The notes under the pieces were generated by a model. The model made no database searches, was not told the origin of the DNA, and was given only the letters and a program-made list of their open reading frames with translations. Positions 46,838 through 55,234 of a stretch of DNA of 64,000 nucleotides are shown piece after piece (positions within the stretch are counted from its first letter, which is position 1; every line of letters starts with the position of its first letter). Where the stretch lies: NCBI GenBank assembly GCA_031289315.1, contig JAITPR010000016.1:72751-136750 (forward strand), in the 5' to 3' direction. Source of the stretch: Clostridiaceae bacterium (GTDB taxonomy: Bacteria > Bacillota > Clostridia > Christensenellales > CAG-917). A program made the translations under genes and the position numbers.

Positions 46838-48613
46838 ATGATTGATTTAAAGGGAAGTCCTTTTTGTCTTAGCGACAGCGACATCGAGTGGGTGAACGGA
46901 ACCCTAAGCGGCATGACGCTTAAAGAAAAAATCGGGCAGCTGTTTTGTCCGCTTGGGCTTTTATCTAACCGTAAAAGCTTATTGCACTTGATGAAAGAGG
47001 TTGCAATCGGCGGGATTATGTTCCGTCCGACGAAGGGCAAGCATGCTCAAGGTACGCATAGGTTTTTGCAGAACAACTCCAAAATTCCGCTTTTGATAGC
47101 GGGCAACCTTGAAAGCGGCGGCAACGGGGCGGCGGCGGACGGCACGTATTTTGGCATGCCTATGCAAATTGCCGCCACCGGAAACGCGGAGATGGGTTAC
47201 CATTTGGGAAAAATAAGCTGTGCCGAAGGCGCGGCGACGGGGATAAATTGGGCGTTCGCGCCGATTGTTGACATTGATAAAAATTTTCGCAATCCTATAA
47301 CCAATCTTAGAACCTTCGGAAGCTCCCCGGACACGATAATAAGTATGGCAAGGGGATACATGCGCGCGGCGGATGAAAGCGGCGTTGCCGTGGCAATTAA
47401 GCACTTCCCCGGCGACGGCGTGGACGAAAGGGACCAACACCTGCTTACCAGCGTCAACACCTTAAGTCAAGCGGAGTGGGATGAAACCTACGGCAAAATT
47501 TATTCGGAGTTAATTGCGGCGGGCGCCAAAACCGTTATGGTAGGGCATATCGCGTTGCCGTCATATCAAAATTTATTAGAGGGCGTTGAGCGGAAAAAAA
47601 CGGTACCGGCAACCCTGTCTAAGGAATTAATGTGCGGACTGCTTAGAGAAAGGCTTAGGTTTAACGGCTTGATTGTCACGGACGCCTCTCCCATGGCGGG
47701 ATTTTGCGTGGCGATGAAGCGGGAATATGCCGTACCCTTAGCCATAGAGAACGGAGCGGATATGTTTTTATTTGCGCGGGATTTGGCTACGGACTATAAA
47801 TATATGGTGACCGGAGTGGAAAAAGGGATACTTTCGGAGCTTCGGCTTAACGAAGCGGTGACGCGAATCCTAGCGCTCAAGGCATCCTTGAAGCTGCACG
47901 TCAAGGCCAAGGAAAACAGTCTGGTGCCTTTGCCTTCAGCTCTGAATATATTAAAAAGCAAGCAAAGCCTTGCGATTACGGAAAAATGCGCGGACGAAAG
48001 CGTTACGCTGGTGAAGGATACGCAAAAGCTTTTGCCGATTTCGCCGGCGCTTCACAGGAGAGTATATCTCAACGTATTAGAAAACAGCGACGGTATACAC
48101 TCCTTGCTCAAGAGTAAATTAAAGCAAAAGCTAGAGGCAGAGGGCTTTGCCGTTACCGTGCGCAACAGGGCGGCAATTGCCGATTTAGGGATTTTGGTGA
48201 GCCCTGAAAGAACCTCAATCTTCAAGAAGGTATCCGTACTTTTCAAAGCGCGGAAATCTTTAAGCGAGTTGGTTGGCTCACCGAATGATTTTATAGCCAA
48301 ATATGACTTGGCGATCTATGTCGCTTGTTTTGAAACGGCAAGCGAAACTACGGTTGTTCGCCTCAATTGGAAGGGCTTTAAGGGAATCGGCAACGATATT
48401 CCGTGGTTTGTAAACGACGTGCCGACGATATTTATCAGTCTTGCAAATCCGTATCACCTATTGGACGTACCCATGATTAAGACCTTTATAAATGCGTATA
48501 CGAACAGTGAACCGGTTATTGATGCGGTAATCGACAAAATTCTAGGGAGAAGCGAATTCAAGGGCATTTCTCCCGTTGACGCGTCCTGCGGTCGTGAGGA
48601 CGTCTTATATTGA
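46838..48613 (+). CDS. Glycoside hydrolase family 3 (beta-N-acetylhexosaminidase/beta-glucosidase-like)
   Basis: GH3 motifs KHFPGDG and GLIVTDA; GGAGGAG SD. Confidence 0.88.
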   Translation: MIDLKGSPFCLSDSDIEWVNGTLSGMTLKEKIGQLFCPLGLLSNRKSLLHLMKEVAIGGIMFRPTKGKHAQGTHRFLQNNSKIPLLIAGNLESGGNGAAADGTYFGMPMQIAATGNAEMGYHLGKISCAEGAATGINWAFAPIVDIDKNFRNPITNLRTFGSSPDTIISMARGYMRAADESGVAVAIKHFPGDGVDERDQHLLTSVNTLSQAEWDETYGKIYSELIAAGAKTVMVGHIALPSYQNLLEGVERKKTVPATLSKELMCGLLRERLRFNGLIVTDASPMAGFCVAMKREYAVPLAIENGADMFLFARDLATDYKYMVTGVEKGILSELRLNEAVTRILALKASLKLHVKAKENSLVPLPSALNILKSKQSLAITEKCADESVTLVKDTQKLLPISPALHRRVYLNVLENSDGIHSLLKSKLKQKLEAEGFAVTVRNRAAIADLGILVSPERTSIFKKVSVLFKARKSLSELVGSPNDFIAKYDLAIYVACFETASETTVVRLNWKGFKGIGNDIPWFVNDVPTIFISLANPYHLLDVPMIKTFINAYTNSEPVIDAVIDKILGRSEFKGISPVDASCGREDVLY

Positions 48614-48656
48614 GAGATGTTTTCTTGCGGTACGTTAGCGAACTGCAAAATTTCAT

Positions 48657-48725
48657 GGTGTGGACAGTTCGCGATGATAAAATATTTTCTTAACCGGCAA
48701 GTCATCAGCGCGGATTATTCACATC
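48657..48725. repeat. GTGGACA-palindrome repeat, full copy (opposite orientation on the + strand)
   Basis: GTGGACAGTTCGCGATGAT(48660-48678) pairs with ATCAGCGCGGATTATTCAC(48704-48722). Ends 23 nt before the ATG at 48749. Confidence 0.9.
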
Positions 48726-48748
48726 TAATTTTAGGGAGGAATGCGGCG

Positions 48749-49708
48749 ATGTCTAATCCGCTTACACTTAATGACGACGACGTAAGAGTTATCGACGCCA
48801 AAAATGCGGAGCAACGCTTGTATGATTATTACGGGCTGAAGCCGGTATACCACTATATACCTTGCGAAAGGCTAGGAATTAAAATCCGCGTATGCGAAGT
48901 CGGCACGGGCGATCCCGTTTTGATAGTACCCGGCAATACTGGCGATAGCTTTCCGTTTGTGCCGCTCATGGCGGGGCTACGCGGGAAACGAATACTTGCC
49001 TTTAACCGTCCCGGAGGCGGCTTGAGCGAGGGCATAAATCACCATACGATAGGCTTCAAGGAACTGGCGACGGAAACGCTCACCGGCGTGCTTGACCACT
49101 TCTCTATCGGGCAATTGCCGGTTATTTCACATTCCATGGGCAGCCATTGGAGTTTGTGGTTTGCCGCTACCGCGCCGGAGCGGATAGAAAAGCTTGTCCT
49201 ACTAGGCGTCCCCGGCAATGTTCTGCGGTGCAAGCCGCCGTTGTTATTGAGGTTGGCGGCTATACGCGGTTTAAACAAGGCAATGTTTGAAAAAATAACG
49301 CCCAAAAGCGTTGAATCATCCTTGAAAGGGTTGACCTTTATGGGGCATTCAAGGGATACTCTGCAAGCGTTGCCGCAGGCTATGAGGGAGTGTTATTATT
49401 ATTTCCCGCGGTTGCCGCATTATGCCGAGTCCAGTCTTAGCTTGATGGAAACGACAAACACACTCTTCGGTTCCAAAAAATCGATACTAATCAACGCGGA
49501 CGACCTAAAAGATATCAATCAAAAAATACTGCTGATTTGGGGAGAAAACGACCCCTTCGGAAACGTAAAGGAAGGGGAAAAAATCGCGGCAATTTTACCC
49601 GACGCAAGGTTGGAACTAATACGGGGCGGCGGACATCTGCCGTGGTTGGATGCTCCGGCGGCTTGCGGCGAATCGGTACAAGCGTTTCTTGACGGTGAAG
49701 ATAAATAG
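48749..49708 (+). CDS. Alpha/beta-fold hydrolase
   Basis: Nucleophile elbow SHSMGS. Start at MSNPLTL with GGGAGG SD; the ORF-track start at 48617 runs through the repeat. Confidence 0.85.
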   Translation: MSNPLTLNDDDVRVIDAKNAEQRLYDYYGLKPVYHYIPCERLGIKIRVCEVGTGDPVLIVPGNTGDSFPFVPLMAGLRGKRILAFNRPGGGLSEGINHHTIGFKELATETLTGVLDHFSIGQLPVISHSMGSHWSLWFAATAPERIEKLVLLGVPGNVLRCKPPLLLRLAAIRGLNKAMFEKITPKSVESSLKGLTFMGHSRDTLQALPQAMRECYYYFPRLPHYAESSLSLMETTNTLFGSKKSILINADDLKDINQKILLIWGENDPFGNVKEGEKIAAILPDARLELIRGGGHLPWLDAPAACGESVQAFLDGEDK

Positions 49709-49792
49709 GGCAGGCAATTCCCTACATCTGCTTAGTGTGACACACTATATTTTTTATGCATAAGCCTTGAAAGATAACCGTGCAAAAAGTAC

Positions 49793-49821
49793 TTGACATA
49801 TGTTGAGTGTTGCCGCATAAT
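49793..49821 (+). promoter_or_regulatory. Promoter TTGACA-17-CATAAT
   Basis: TTGACA 49793-49798, CATAAT 49816-49821. Confidence 0.6.
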
Positions 49822-49885
49822 AAATAAAACGGAAAACAGCTTAGCAAAAGGGCTTTTTCCGTAAAACTGACAAAAAGAGGGCGCG

Positions 49886-49972
49886 ATGTTTTTCTTCGGG
49901 ATTATAATTAGCGGAATAATTATTACCATAGCGATTATTAAGATTGCTAAATTCCGCCGTTCCCCGAGATAA
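49886..49972 (+). CDS. Candidate 28-aa hydrophobic peptide MFFFGIIISGIIITIAIIKIAKFRRSPR (small membrane protein or type I toxin-like)
   Basis: AGAGGG 5 nt upstream of the ATG. One TM helix plus a basic tail. It has its own promoter and terminator. Absent from the ORF track (under 60 aa). Confidence 0.45.
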   Translation: MFFFGIIISGIIITIAIIKIAKFRRSPR

Positions 49973-50000
49973 GACGCCGCACTACTTAAAAAGGCATTTG

Positions 50001-50032
50001 AACCCCCGGGCCGTACGGCTTCGGGGGTTTTA
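50001..50032 (+). terminator. Intrinsic terminator after the small peptide ORF
   Basis: AACCCCCG ggccgtacggct CGGGGGTT plus TTTT. Confidence 0.6.
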
Positions 50033-50040
50033 AAATTTAA

Positions 50041-50110
50041 GGGTATGGACAATTCGCGGCGACAAAAAAATTTATTGCCTGGCAAGTCGTCACATCGGAT
50101 TGCCCGCACC
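50041..50110. repeat. GTGGACA-palindrome repeat, full copy
   Basis: GGGTATGGACAATTCGCGGCGACAAAAAAATTTATTGCCTGGCAAGTCGTCACATCGGATTGCCCGCACC. Ends 23 nt before the ATG at 50134. Confidence 0.9.
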
Positions 50111-50133
50111 AAAATTTAACAAGGAGTTTTTTT

Positions 50134-50688
50134 ATGACTGAACAACTTAGAGAAATCGGCAGGCGTCTTGCGGAATTGCGCGACGCGGCGGAGATGACGG
50201 CGGAGGCGTTCTGCAAGGAAGCCGACGTGAGTTTAAGCGAACTTGCCGCATACGAGGAGGGCAAGAAGGATTTTTCTTTTTCCTTTCTTTATAACGCCGC
50301 GCATATTTTGGGCGTGGACGTAATGGATTTGATGAGCGGTGACACTCCGCGGCTTTCGTCTTGGTGCGTGGTTAAAAAGGGCAAGGGTTACACGGTAAAC
50401 CGCCGTTCCTCCTACAAATATTCGCATTTGGCATTCACCTTCCGCGATAAGAAAGCCGAACCGTTTTTGGTTACGGTGGAGCCGAAGACGGCGGCGGAGG
50501 TTGCGCTTCATTCGCACGACGGACAGGAGTTCGACTGGATTGTTTCCGGGCGCATACTCTTTAAAATTGCCGACGTGTCTTACGAACTGGAAGCCGGCGA
50601 CAGCGTATATTTCAACTCTGCGCTTCCTCACGCGATGTCCGCATTAGACGGCAAGTCCGCGCAATTTATTGCCGTAGTCATGAAATAG
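50134..50688 (+). CDS. XRE-family HTH regulator with a C-terminal cupin domain
   Basis: N-terminal HTH_3 (LRDAAEMTAEAFCKEADVSLSELAAYEEG) and cupin (HSHDGQEFDWIVSGR...GDSVYFNSALPH). Confidence 0.88.
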   Translation: MTEQLREIGRRLAELRDAAEMTAEAFCKEADVSLSELAAYEEGKKDFSFSFLYNAAHILGVDVMDLMSGDTPRLSSWCVVKKGKGYTVNRRSSYKYSHLAFTFRDKKAEPFLVTVEPKTAAEVALHSHDGQEFDWIVSGRILFKIADVSYELEAGDSVYFNSALPHAMSALDGKSAQFIAVVMK

Positions 50689-50700
50689 GAGTAAGCTTTT

Positions 50701-52383
50701 ATGCCGCTATACGAATTATATACGGGCAAAAATCGCGACGATTTTGCCACACTAGAAGATTTACAAAAAAATTACAAACTCACGGTTCCGGACGATTTCA
50801 ACTTTGCGTTCGATTGCCTTGACCGTTTAGCCGCCGAAAAGCCGGATGCGCTTGCGTTGCTTTGGATTTCCAACGACAACGAGGAAAAGCGGTTCACCTA
50901 CGGCGATATACGCAAGCTTAGCCTAAAAGCCGCCAATTTCTTCAAAAAACACGGCATCGGCAAAGGTGATATGGTTATGCTTACCATGAGCCGCGACTGG
51001 CGGTTTTGGCCGGTACTCATGGGGCTTCACCGCATGGGCGCGACGGCGGTTCCCGCTTCCTACTTGCTCACCGCGAAGGATATAGTATACCGCATGAACG
51101 CCGCGTCTATAAAAATGCTTCTCACAACTCCGCGTTTCGGCGTTACTCAAGCCATGGAGGAGGCGCTTTCACAGTGTCCTACCGTTAAAAAGCTAGCCGT
51201 GTTTGGCGGCAAGCTGCCCGCGTCAAATCTGTGGATAGATTTCGATAAGGAGTTGGAAGCCGCGCCGGAAACGCCGTTTAAACGTTGCACAATCAAGTCT
51301 GATACCATGCTTATGGCATTTTCGTCCGGCACAAGCGGATACCCCAAAATGGTTCAGCACGACTACACGTATCCGTTGGGACACATTCCGACCGGCTGTT
51401 TTTGGCAACGTTGTATCGACGGCGGTCTGCACCTCACCATATCCGACACCGGTTGGCTTAAAAGTCTTTGGGGCAAGATGTACAGCCAATGGCTTGCCGG
51501 CAGCGCGGTTTTTTGCTACGACTTCGACAAGTTCTCCGCGTCCGACATCCTTGAAAAAATCGAAAAATATAAGGTGACTACCTTCTGCGCCCCCCCGACG
51601 ATGTACCGCTATATGATTAAAGAGAACCTCAAAAAATATGATTTCTCTTCACTCAAGCACTGCTGCGCCGCCGGCGAAGCCCTTAACCCCGAAATCTATA
51701 AGGTGTGGTTTGCCGGTACCGGGCTTAAAATATTTGAGGGCTTCGGACAAACCGAAACCACCCTGTCCTGTTGGACCGGCTATCCGTGGATGCAACCGCG
51801 CTTAGGCTCTATGGGGCTTCCCGCCCCCGGCTACCGCATGATAGTCTGCGACGAAACCGGCGTCGAACTGGGCGCCGGCGTCACCGGAGAAATTTGTATC
51901 CGTACCGACGACGCGGGCGGCGGTAAGCCCTACGGGCTGTTCAAGGGCTACTACCGCGACGCGGAGATGACCTCCCAAATTTGGCACGACGGCATATATC
52001 ATACCGGCGATACCGCCTATAAGGACGAGATGGGCTTCCTCTGGTACGTGGGGCGTATGGACGACGTGATTAAATCCTCCGGCTACCGCATAGGTCCATT
52101 TGAGGTCGAGTCCGCACTCATGGAACACCCCGCCGTCACCGAATGTGCCGTTACCGGGCTGCCGGACCCCGAACGCGGTTTCGTCGTCAAAGCCACCGTG
52201 GTTCTCTCCACCGGTTATACGCCCTCCGACGCGCTCACTAAAGAGCTGCAAAACCATGTCAAAAAGGTGACCGCTCCCTATAAATACCCCCGAGTAATCG
52301 AGTATGTCGACGCGCTTCCCAAAACCGTTAACGGCAAAATCCGCCGCGTAGAAATCCGTAACCGCGACATCGAAAAGAAATAG
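50701..52383 (+). CDS. AMP-forming acyl-CoA synthetase (medium-chain/AcsM-like)
   Basis: AMP-binding motif FSSGTSGYPK, plus YHTGD and SSGYRIGPFEVE. Confidence 0.9.
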   Translation: MPLYELYTGKNRDDFATLEDLQKNYKLTVPDDFNFAFDCLDRLAAEKPDALALLWISNDNEEKRFTYGDIRKLSLKAANFFKKHGIGKGDMVMLTMSRDWRFWPVLMGLHRMGATAVPASYLLTAKDIVYRMNAASIKMLLTTPRFGVTQAMEEALSQCPTVKKLAVFGGKLPASNLWIDFDKELEAAPETPFKRCTIKSDTMLMAFSSGTSGYPKMVQHDYTYPLGHIPTGCFWQRCIDGGLHLTISDTGWLKSLWGKMYSQWLAGSAVFCYDFDKFSASDILEKIEKYKVTTFCAPPTMYRYMIKENLKKYDFSSLKHCCAAGEALNPEIYKVWFAGTGLKIFEGFGQTETTLSCWTGYPWMQPRLGSMGLPAPGYRMIVCDETGVELGAGVTGEICIRTDDAGGGKPYGLFKGYYRDAEMTSQIWHDGIYHTGDTAYKDEMGFLWYVGRMDDVIKSSGYRIGPFEVESALMEHPAVTECAVTGLPDPERGFVVKATVVLSTGYTPSDALTKELQNHVKKVTAPYKYPRVIEYVDALPKTVNGKIRRVEIRNRDIEKK

Positions 52384-52384
52384 A

Positions 52385-52560
52385 GGAATAAGGCATAGTT
52401 CTTTTTGCCCGCGCAAAAAGAACCCAAAGTTGGTGCGCCTTGCGAGGTTCGCAAGGCGCACTGCGCAAGCTTGAAGTTTGACCCTGATTACTTGAAAAAC
52501 GCGGTTGACGCAGGATTATATCCTTAGCGTCAACCGCGTTTTTAAATTCATTAGTGTTAA
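52385..52560. repeat. Mosaic multi-hairpin repeat, copy F (H1, an extra 13-bp hairpin, H3, H2 terminator 52494-52544)
   Basis: GTTCTTTTTGcccgcgCAAAAAGAAC; GTGCGCCTTGCGAggtTCGCAAGGCGCAC; CAAGCTTgAAGTTTG; AAAAACGCGGTTGACGC..GCGTCAACCGCGTTTTT. Confidence 0.85.
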
Positions 52561-52658
52561 CCCTCTCACTTACCGTTCTTTATGTTCGTTATTTCTTCTC
52601 AATAGGAGCGGACAAAACAGATTTTTTTGGTTTTTGCGGTAAATTATAAAATTAATGC

Positions 52659-52687
52659 TTGACAAGCGGCAAATCGTGAAATACAAT
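52659..52687 (+). promoter_or_regulatory. aro-operon promoter TTGACA-17-TACAAT
   Basis: TTGACA 52659-52664, TACAAT 52682-52687. Confidence 0.65.
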
Positions 52688-52739
52688 GTAAATAGACTTG
52701 AAATCCGTCTACGGGGAAAAAGTCTACGGATAACCTTAT

Positions 52740-52796
52740 ATGAACAAGAATTTCGCTTTTTACGCATACTTTTACTTTACGACCTATAAGGCGTAA
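52740..52796 (+). CDS. Candidate Phe/Tyr-rich leader peptide MNKNFAFYAYFYFTTYKA (18 aa)
   Basis: Hand translation gives 4 Phe and 4 Tyr within 12 consecutive codons. It lies between a promoter and an intrinsic terminator, upstream of Phe/Tyr biosynthesis genes. The SD is weak. Confidence 0.6.
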   Translation: MNKNFAFYAYFYFTTYKA

Positions 52797-52836
52797 TTTT
52801 TCCGTGCGGTTTTAAGCGAAGCAATTAAAGTTAAGT

Positions 52837-52866
52837 AAAGACCGCCTGAATGGGCGGTTTTTTTAT
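52837..52866 (+). terminator. Attenuator-type intrinsic terminator in the aro leader
   Basis: ACCGCC tgaatg GGCGGT plus T8. The 5' arm can alternatively pair with 52806-52813. Confidence 0.7.
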
Positions 52867-53082
52867 TCCCGTTAGCCTATGCGGAACACGCGGGGCTTGC
52901 GGAGGAAAAACAAATAACAGCGTCGTCGCTAGCTTGCGCGGAGAAAATCAAAGCGGCACACACATGCTGCAAAGCCGGAGCGGACGCGGCGAAACAAAGT
53001 GGCACACAAGTGTGGCAGAAAGAGCGGAAGCGCACCTTTGCGTGCTAAAACAAATAAAACAAGTAAAGAGGCATAGATAAGT

Positions 53083-54096
53083 ATGATAGTGGTAATTAAA
53101 AACAATCAAGAAGAGAAGCAAGTAAACAACTTGATTAAGTGGATTAAGAGTTTAGGCTTAGCGGTGAACGTGAGCAAGGGCGAAAGCTCCACGGTGCTGG
53201 GGCTAATCGGCGACACCACGAAGGTGGACATGGAACTTATAGCTTCGCTTGACATAGTGGAGACCGTGAAGCGCATTCAAGAGCCGTTCAAGAACGTGAA
53301 CCGTAAGTTTCATCCGCAAGACACGGTTGTGGACATCAACGGGTGCAAATTCGGCGGCGGGTTTTTTCAGGTAATCGCGGGTCCGTGTTCTGTGGAGTCG
53401 GAGGAGCAAATTATCGCCATAGCCAAAGCCGTTAAGGCGGCGGGAGCGACCGTACTCAGGGGCGGAGCCTTTAAACCGCGTTCTAGCCCGTATTCGTTTC
53501 AAGGTATGGGCGGCAGCGGCTTAGAGCTATTGTTCAAGGCACGCGAGGTTACCGGCATGCCGATTATAACGGAAATAGTCGACGTGCGGCATATCGACTT
53601 ATTCAAGGACGTGGATATAATTCAGATAGGCGCGCGTAACATGCAGAACTTCGAGCTTTTGAAGGAACTGGGGCGCATAAGAAAACCGGTACTGTTAAAG
53701 CGTGGTCTTGCCGCGACGATAGAGGAATGGCTGATGAGCGCGGAATATATCATGGCGGGCGGCAACGCGGAAATAATCCTTTGCGAACGCGGTATAAGAA
53801 CCTACGAGCCGTTCACTAGAAATACGCTTGACCTATCGGCAATTCCGGTAGTCAGAGAACTTACGCACTTACCCGTAATAGTCGACCCATCCCATGCTTC
53901 GGGGCTGTCGCGGTTGGTGCCGCCCTTGTCGCTTGCGTCGGTTGGCGTAGGCTGTGACGGGCTGATAATAGAGGTACACAATGACCCGATGCACGCGAAA
54001 TCGGACGGTGCACAGTCGCTGAAGCCGGAGCAGTTCGCCGATTTGATGGGAAAGATACGTCCGCTCATGGACATAGTAGGCAAGCACACCTTTTAA
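53083..54096 (+). CDS. aroF: 3-deoxy-7-phosphoheptulonate (DAHP) synthase, type I-beta, with an N-terminal ferredoxin-like regulatory domain
   Basis: KDO8PS-like core (GPCSVESEEQ, KPRSSPYSFQG, DPSH) preceded by a ~75-aa domain, as in the Thermotoga enzyme. Confidence 0.9.
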   Translation: MIVVIKNNQEEKQVNNLIKWIKSLGLAVNVSKGESSTVLGLIGDTTKVDMELIASLDIVETVKRIQEPFKNVNRKFHPQDTVVDINGCKFGGGFFQVIAGPCSVESEEQIIAIAKAVKAAGATVLRGGAFKPRSSPYSFQGMGGSGLELLFKAREVTGMPIITEIVDVRHIDLFKDVDIIQIGARNMQNFELLKELGRIRKPVLLKRGLAATIEEWLMSAEYIMAGGNAEIILCERGIRTYEPFTRNTLDLSAIPVVRELTHLPVIVDPSHASGLSRLVPPLSLASVGVGCDGLIIEVHNDPMHAKSDGAQSLKPEQFADLMGKIRPLMDIVGKHTF

Positions 54097-54167
54097 GTAA
54101 GCGGGCAATAAAAAAATATTTTCGTTCGGGCAAGCCTCGCGAAATAAAAAAATGAACGGAACGCAAA

Positions 54168-54256
54168 TTTATGCGGGGCAAAGCGTGTTTATAAGACGAG
54201 GTCTTACGGCGGCGTATGCGGGGCAAAGCGTGTTTATAAGACGAAGGTCTTAGGCG
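54168..54256 (+). repeat. 45-bp tandem repeat x2, each with the palindrome TAAGAC-n-GTCTTA, directly upstream of tyrA
   Basis: ATGCGGGGCAAAGCGTGTTTATAAGACGA(A)GGTCTTA occurs at 54171 and 54216. Confidence 0.85.
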
Positions 54257-54263
54257 TAGAGTT

Positions 54264-55136
54264 ATGAAGATAGGTATAATAGGGTTGGGCTTAATAGGCG
54301 GGTCTTTGGGGCGTGCGGTGAAAAAGAAAACGCCGCACACGGTTTTCGCTTGCGACAACGACGCCGGAGCCATGCTGAAGGGCGCGCTTCTTAACGCGTA
54401 CGACGAGGAATTGACGGAGGACAATGCGGGGGAGCTTGATATGCTAATATCCGCGGTGTATCCGGCGGCATCCGTCGCGGCAATTTGGCGGTACCTACCT
54501 AAGCTTAAAGCCGGTGCTATAGTTTTCGACAGCGGAGGCAACAAGCGCGGCGTGGTTGAGGCTATGCGGAATATGTCGGAAAAGCGCAAGGATTTATATT
54601 TTTTCGGCGTTCACCCTATGGCGGGCAGAGAATTTTCCGGCATATCGCACTCCACGCCGTCGCTTTTTGAGAACAGCACAGTGCTTATGGTACCGTTGGG
54701 CGCACCGATAGAGGTTTTGTCTTGCGTGAAGGGCTTATTTTTGGATTTAGGGTGCGAAGGCGCGGTTATAACCAACGCGGAGGAACACGACAAAATTATT
54801 TCGTATACCTCACAGTTGGCGCACGTTGTTTCTAGCGCGTATATAAAAAACGACATTGCCGCGGAGCATTACGGGTTTTCGGCGGGCAGCTTCCGCGACA
54901 TGACAAGAGTTGCCAAGCTTAATTCGGATATGTGGGCGGAGCTTATGTTGGATAACCGCGAAAATCTGTTGGAAAATTTGGATATATTCGCCGCGCGCAT
55001 AGGCGAATATAGAAACGCGCTTGCCGTGTGCGACGCGGAAGAGCTGAAACGGCTTCTTGCGGAGGGTAACGCCGCAAAGGAAAGGGTGGAGAGCAACAGA
55101 AAACAAAAGCTTTCCGCCAGAATAGACGGAGTATAA
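54264..55136 (+). CDS. tyrA: Prephenate dehydrogenase
   Basis: Rossmann motif KIGIIGLGLIGGSLG; HPMAG; context. Confidence 0.9.
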   Translation: MKIGIIGLGLIGGSLGRAVKKKTPHTVFACDNDAGAMLKGALLNAYDEELTEDNAGELDMLISAVYPAASVAAIWRYLPKLKAGAIVFDSGGNKRGVVEAMRNMSEKRKDLYFFGVHPMAGREFSGISHSTPSLFENSTVLMVPLGAPIEVLSCVKGLFLDLGCEGAVITNAEEHDKIISYTSQLAHVVSSAYIKNDIAAEHYGFSAGSFRDMTRVAKLNSDMWAELMLDNRENLLENLDIFAARIGEYRNALAVCDAEELKRLLAEGNAAKERVESNRKQKLSARIDGV

Positions 55137-55143
55137 GCTTAGA

Positions 55144-55212
55144 GGGCGTGGACAATACGAGATGACGACTTGCGAGGCAAGAAAATATTTTACATAGCGA
55201 ACTGTCCGCACC
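55144..55212. repeat. GTGGACA-palindrome repeat, full copy between tyrA and aroB
   Basis: GGGCGTGGACAATACGAGATGACGACTTGCGAGGCAAGAAAATATTTTACATAGCGAACTGTCCGCACC. Ends 22 nt before the ATG at 55235. Confidence 0.9.
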
Positions 55213-55234
55213 AATCTTAGATAGATGGAGATTT

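Noticed and set aside
49732-50112. 126-aa minus-strand ORF
   Set aside because: It is antisense to a well-formed promoter / small-ORF / terminator unit and to a palindrome repeat copy. It has no SD.
52688-53082. T-box riboswitch upstream of aroF
   Set aside because: There is no T-box sequence (..GGTGGTACCGCG..), no stem I specifier or AG-bulge architecture, and the terminator 5' arm lacks the T-box context. A leader peptide explains the region better.
54065-54589. 174-aa minus-strand ORF with a repeated SYKHALPRI
   Set aside because: It is antisense to tyrA, and the repeat in the peptide is the translated 45-bp tandem DNA repeat.
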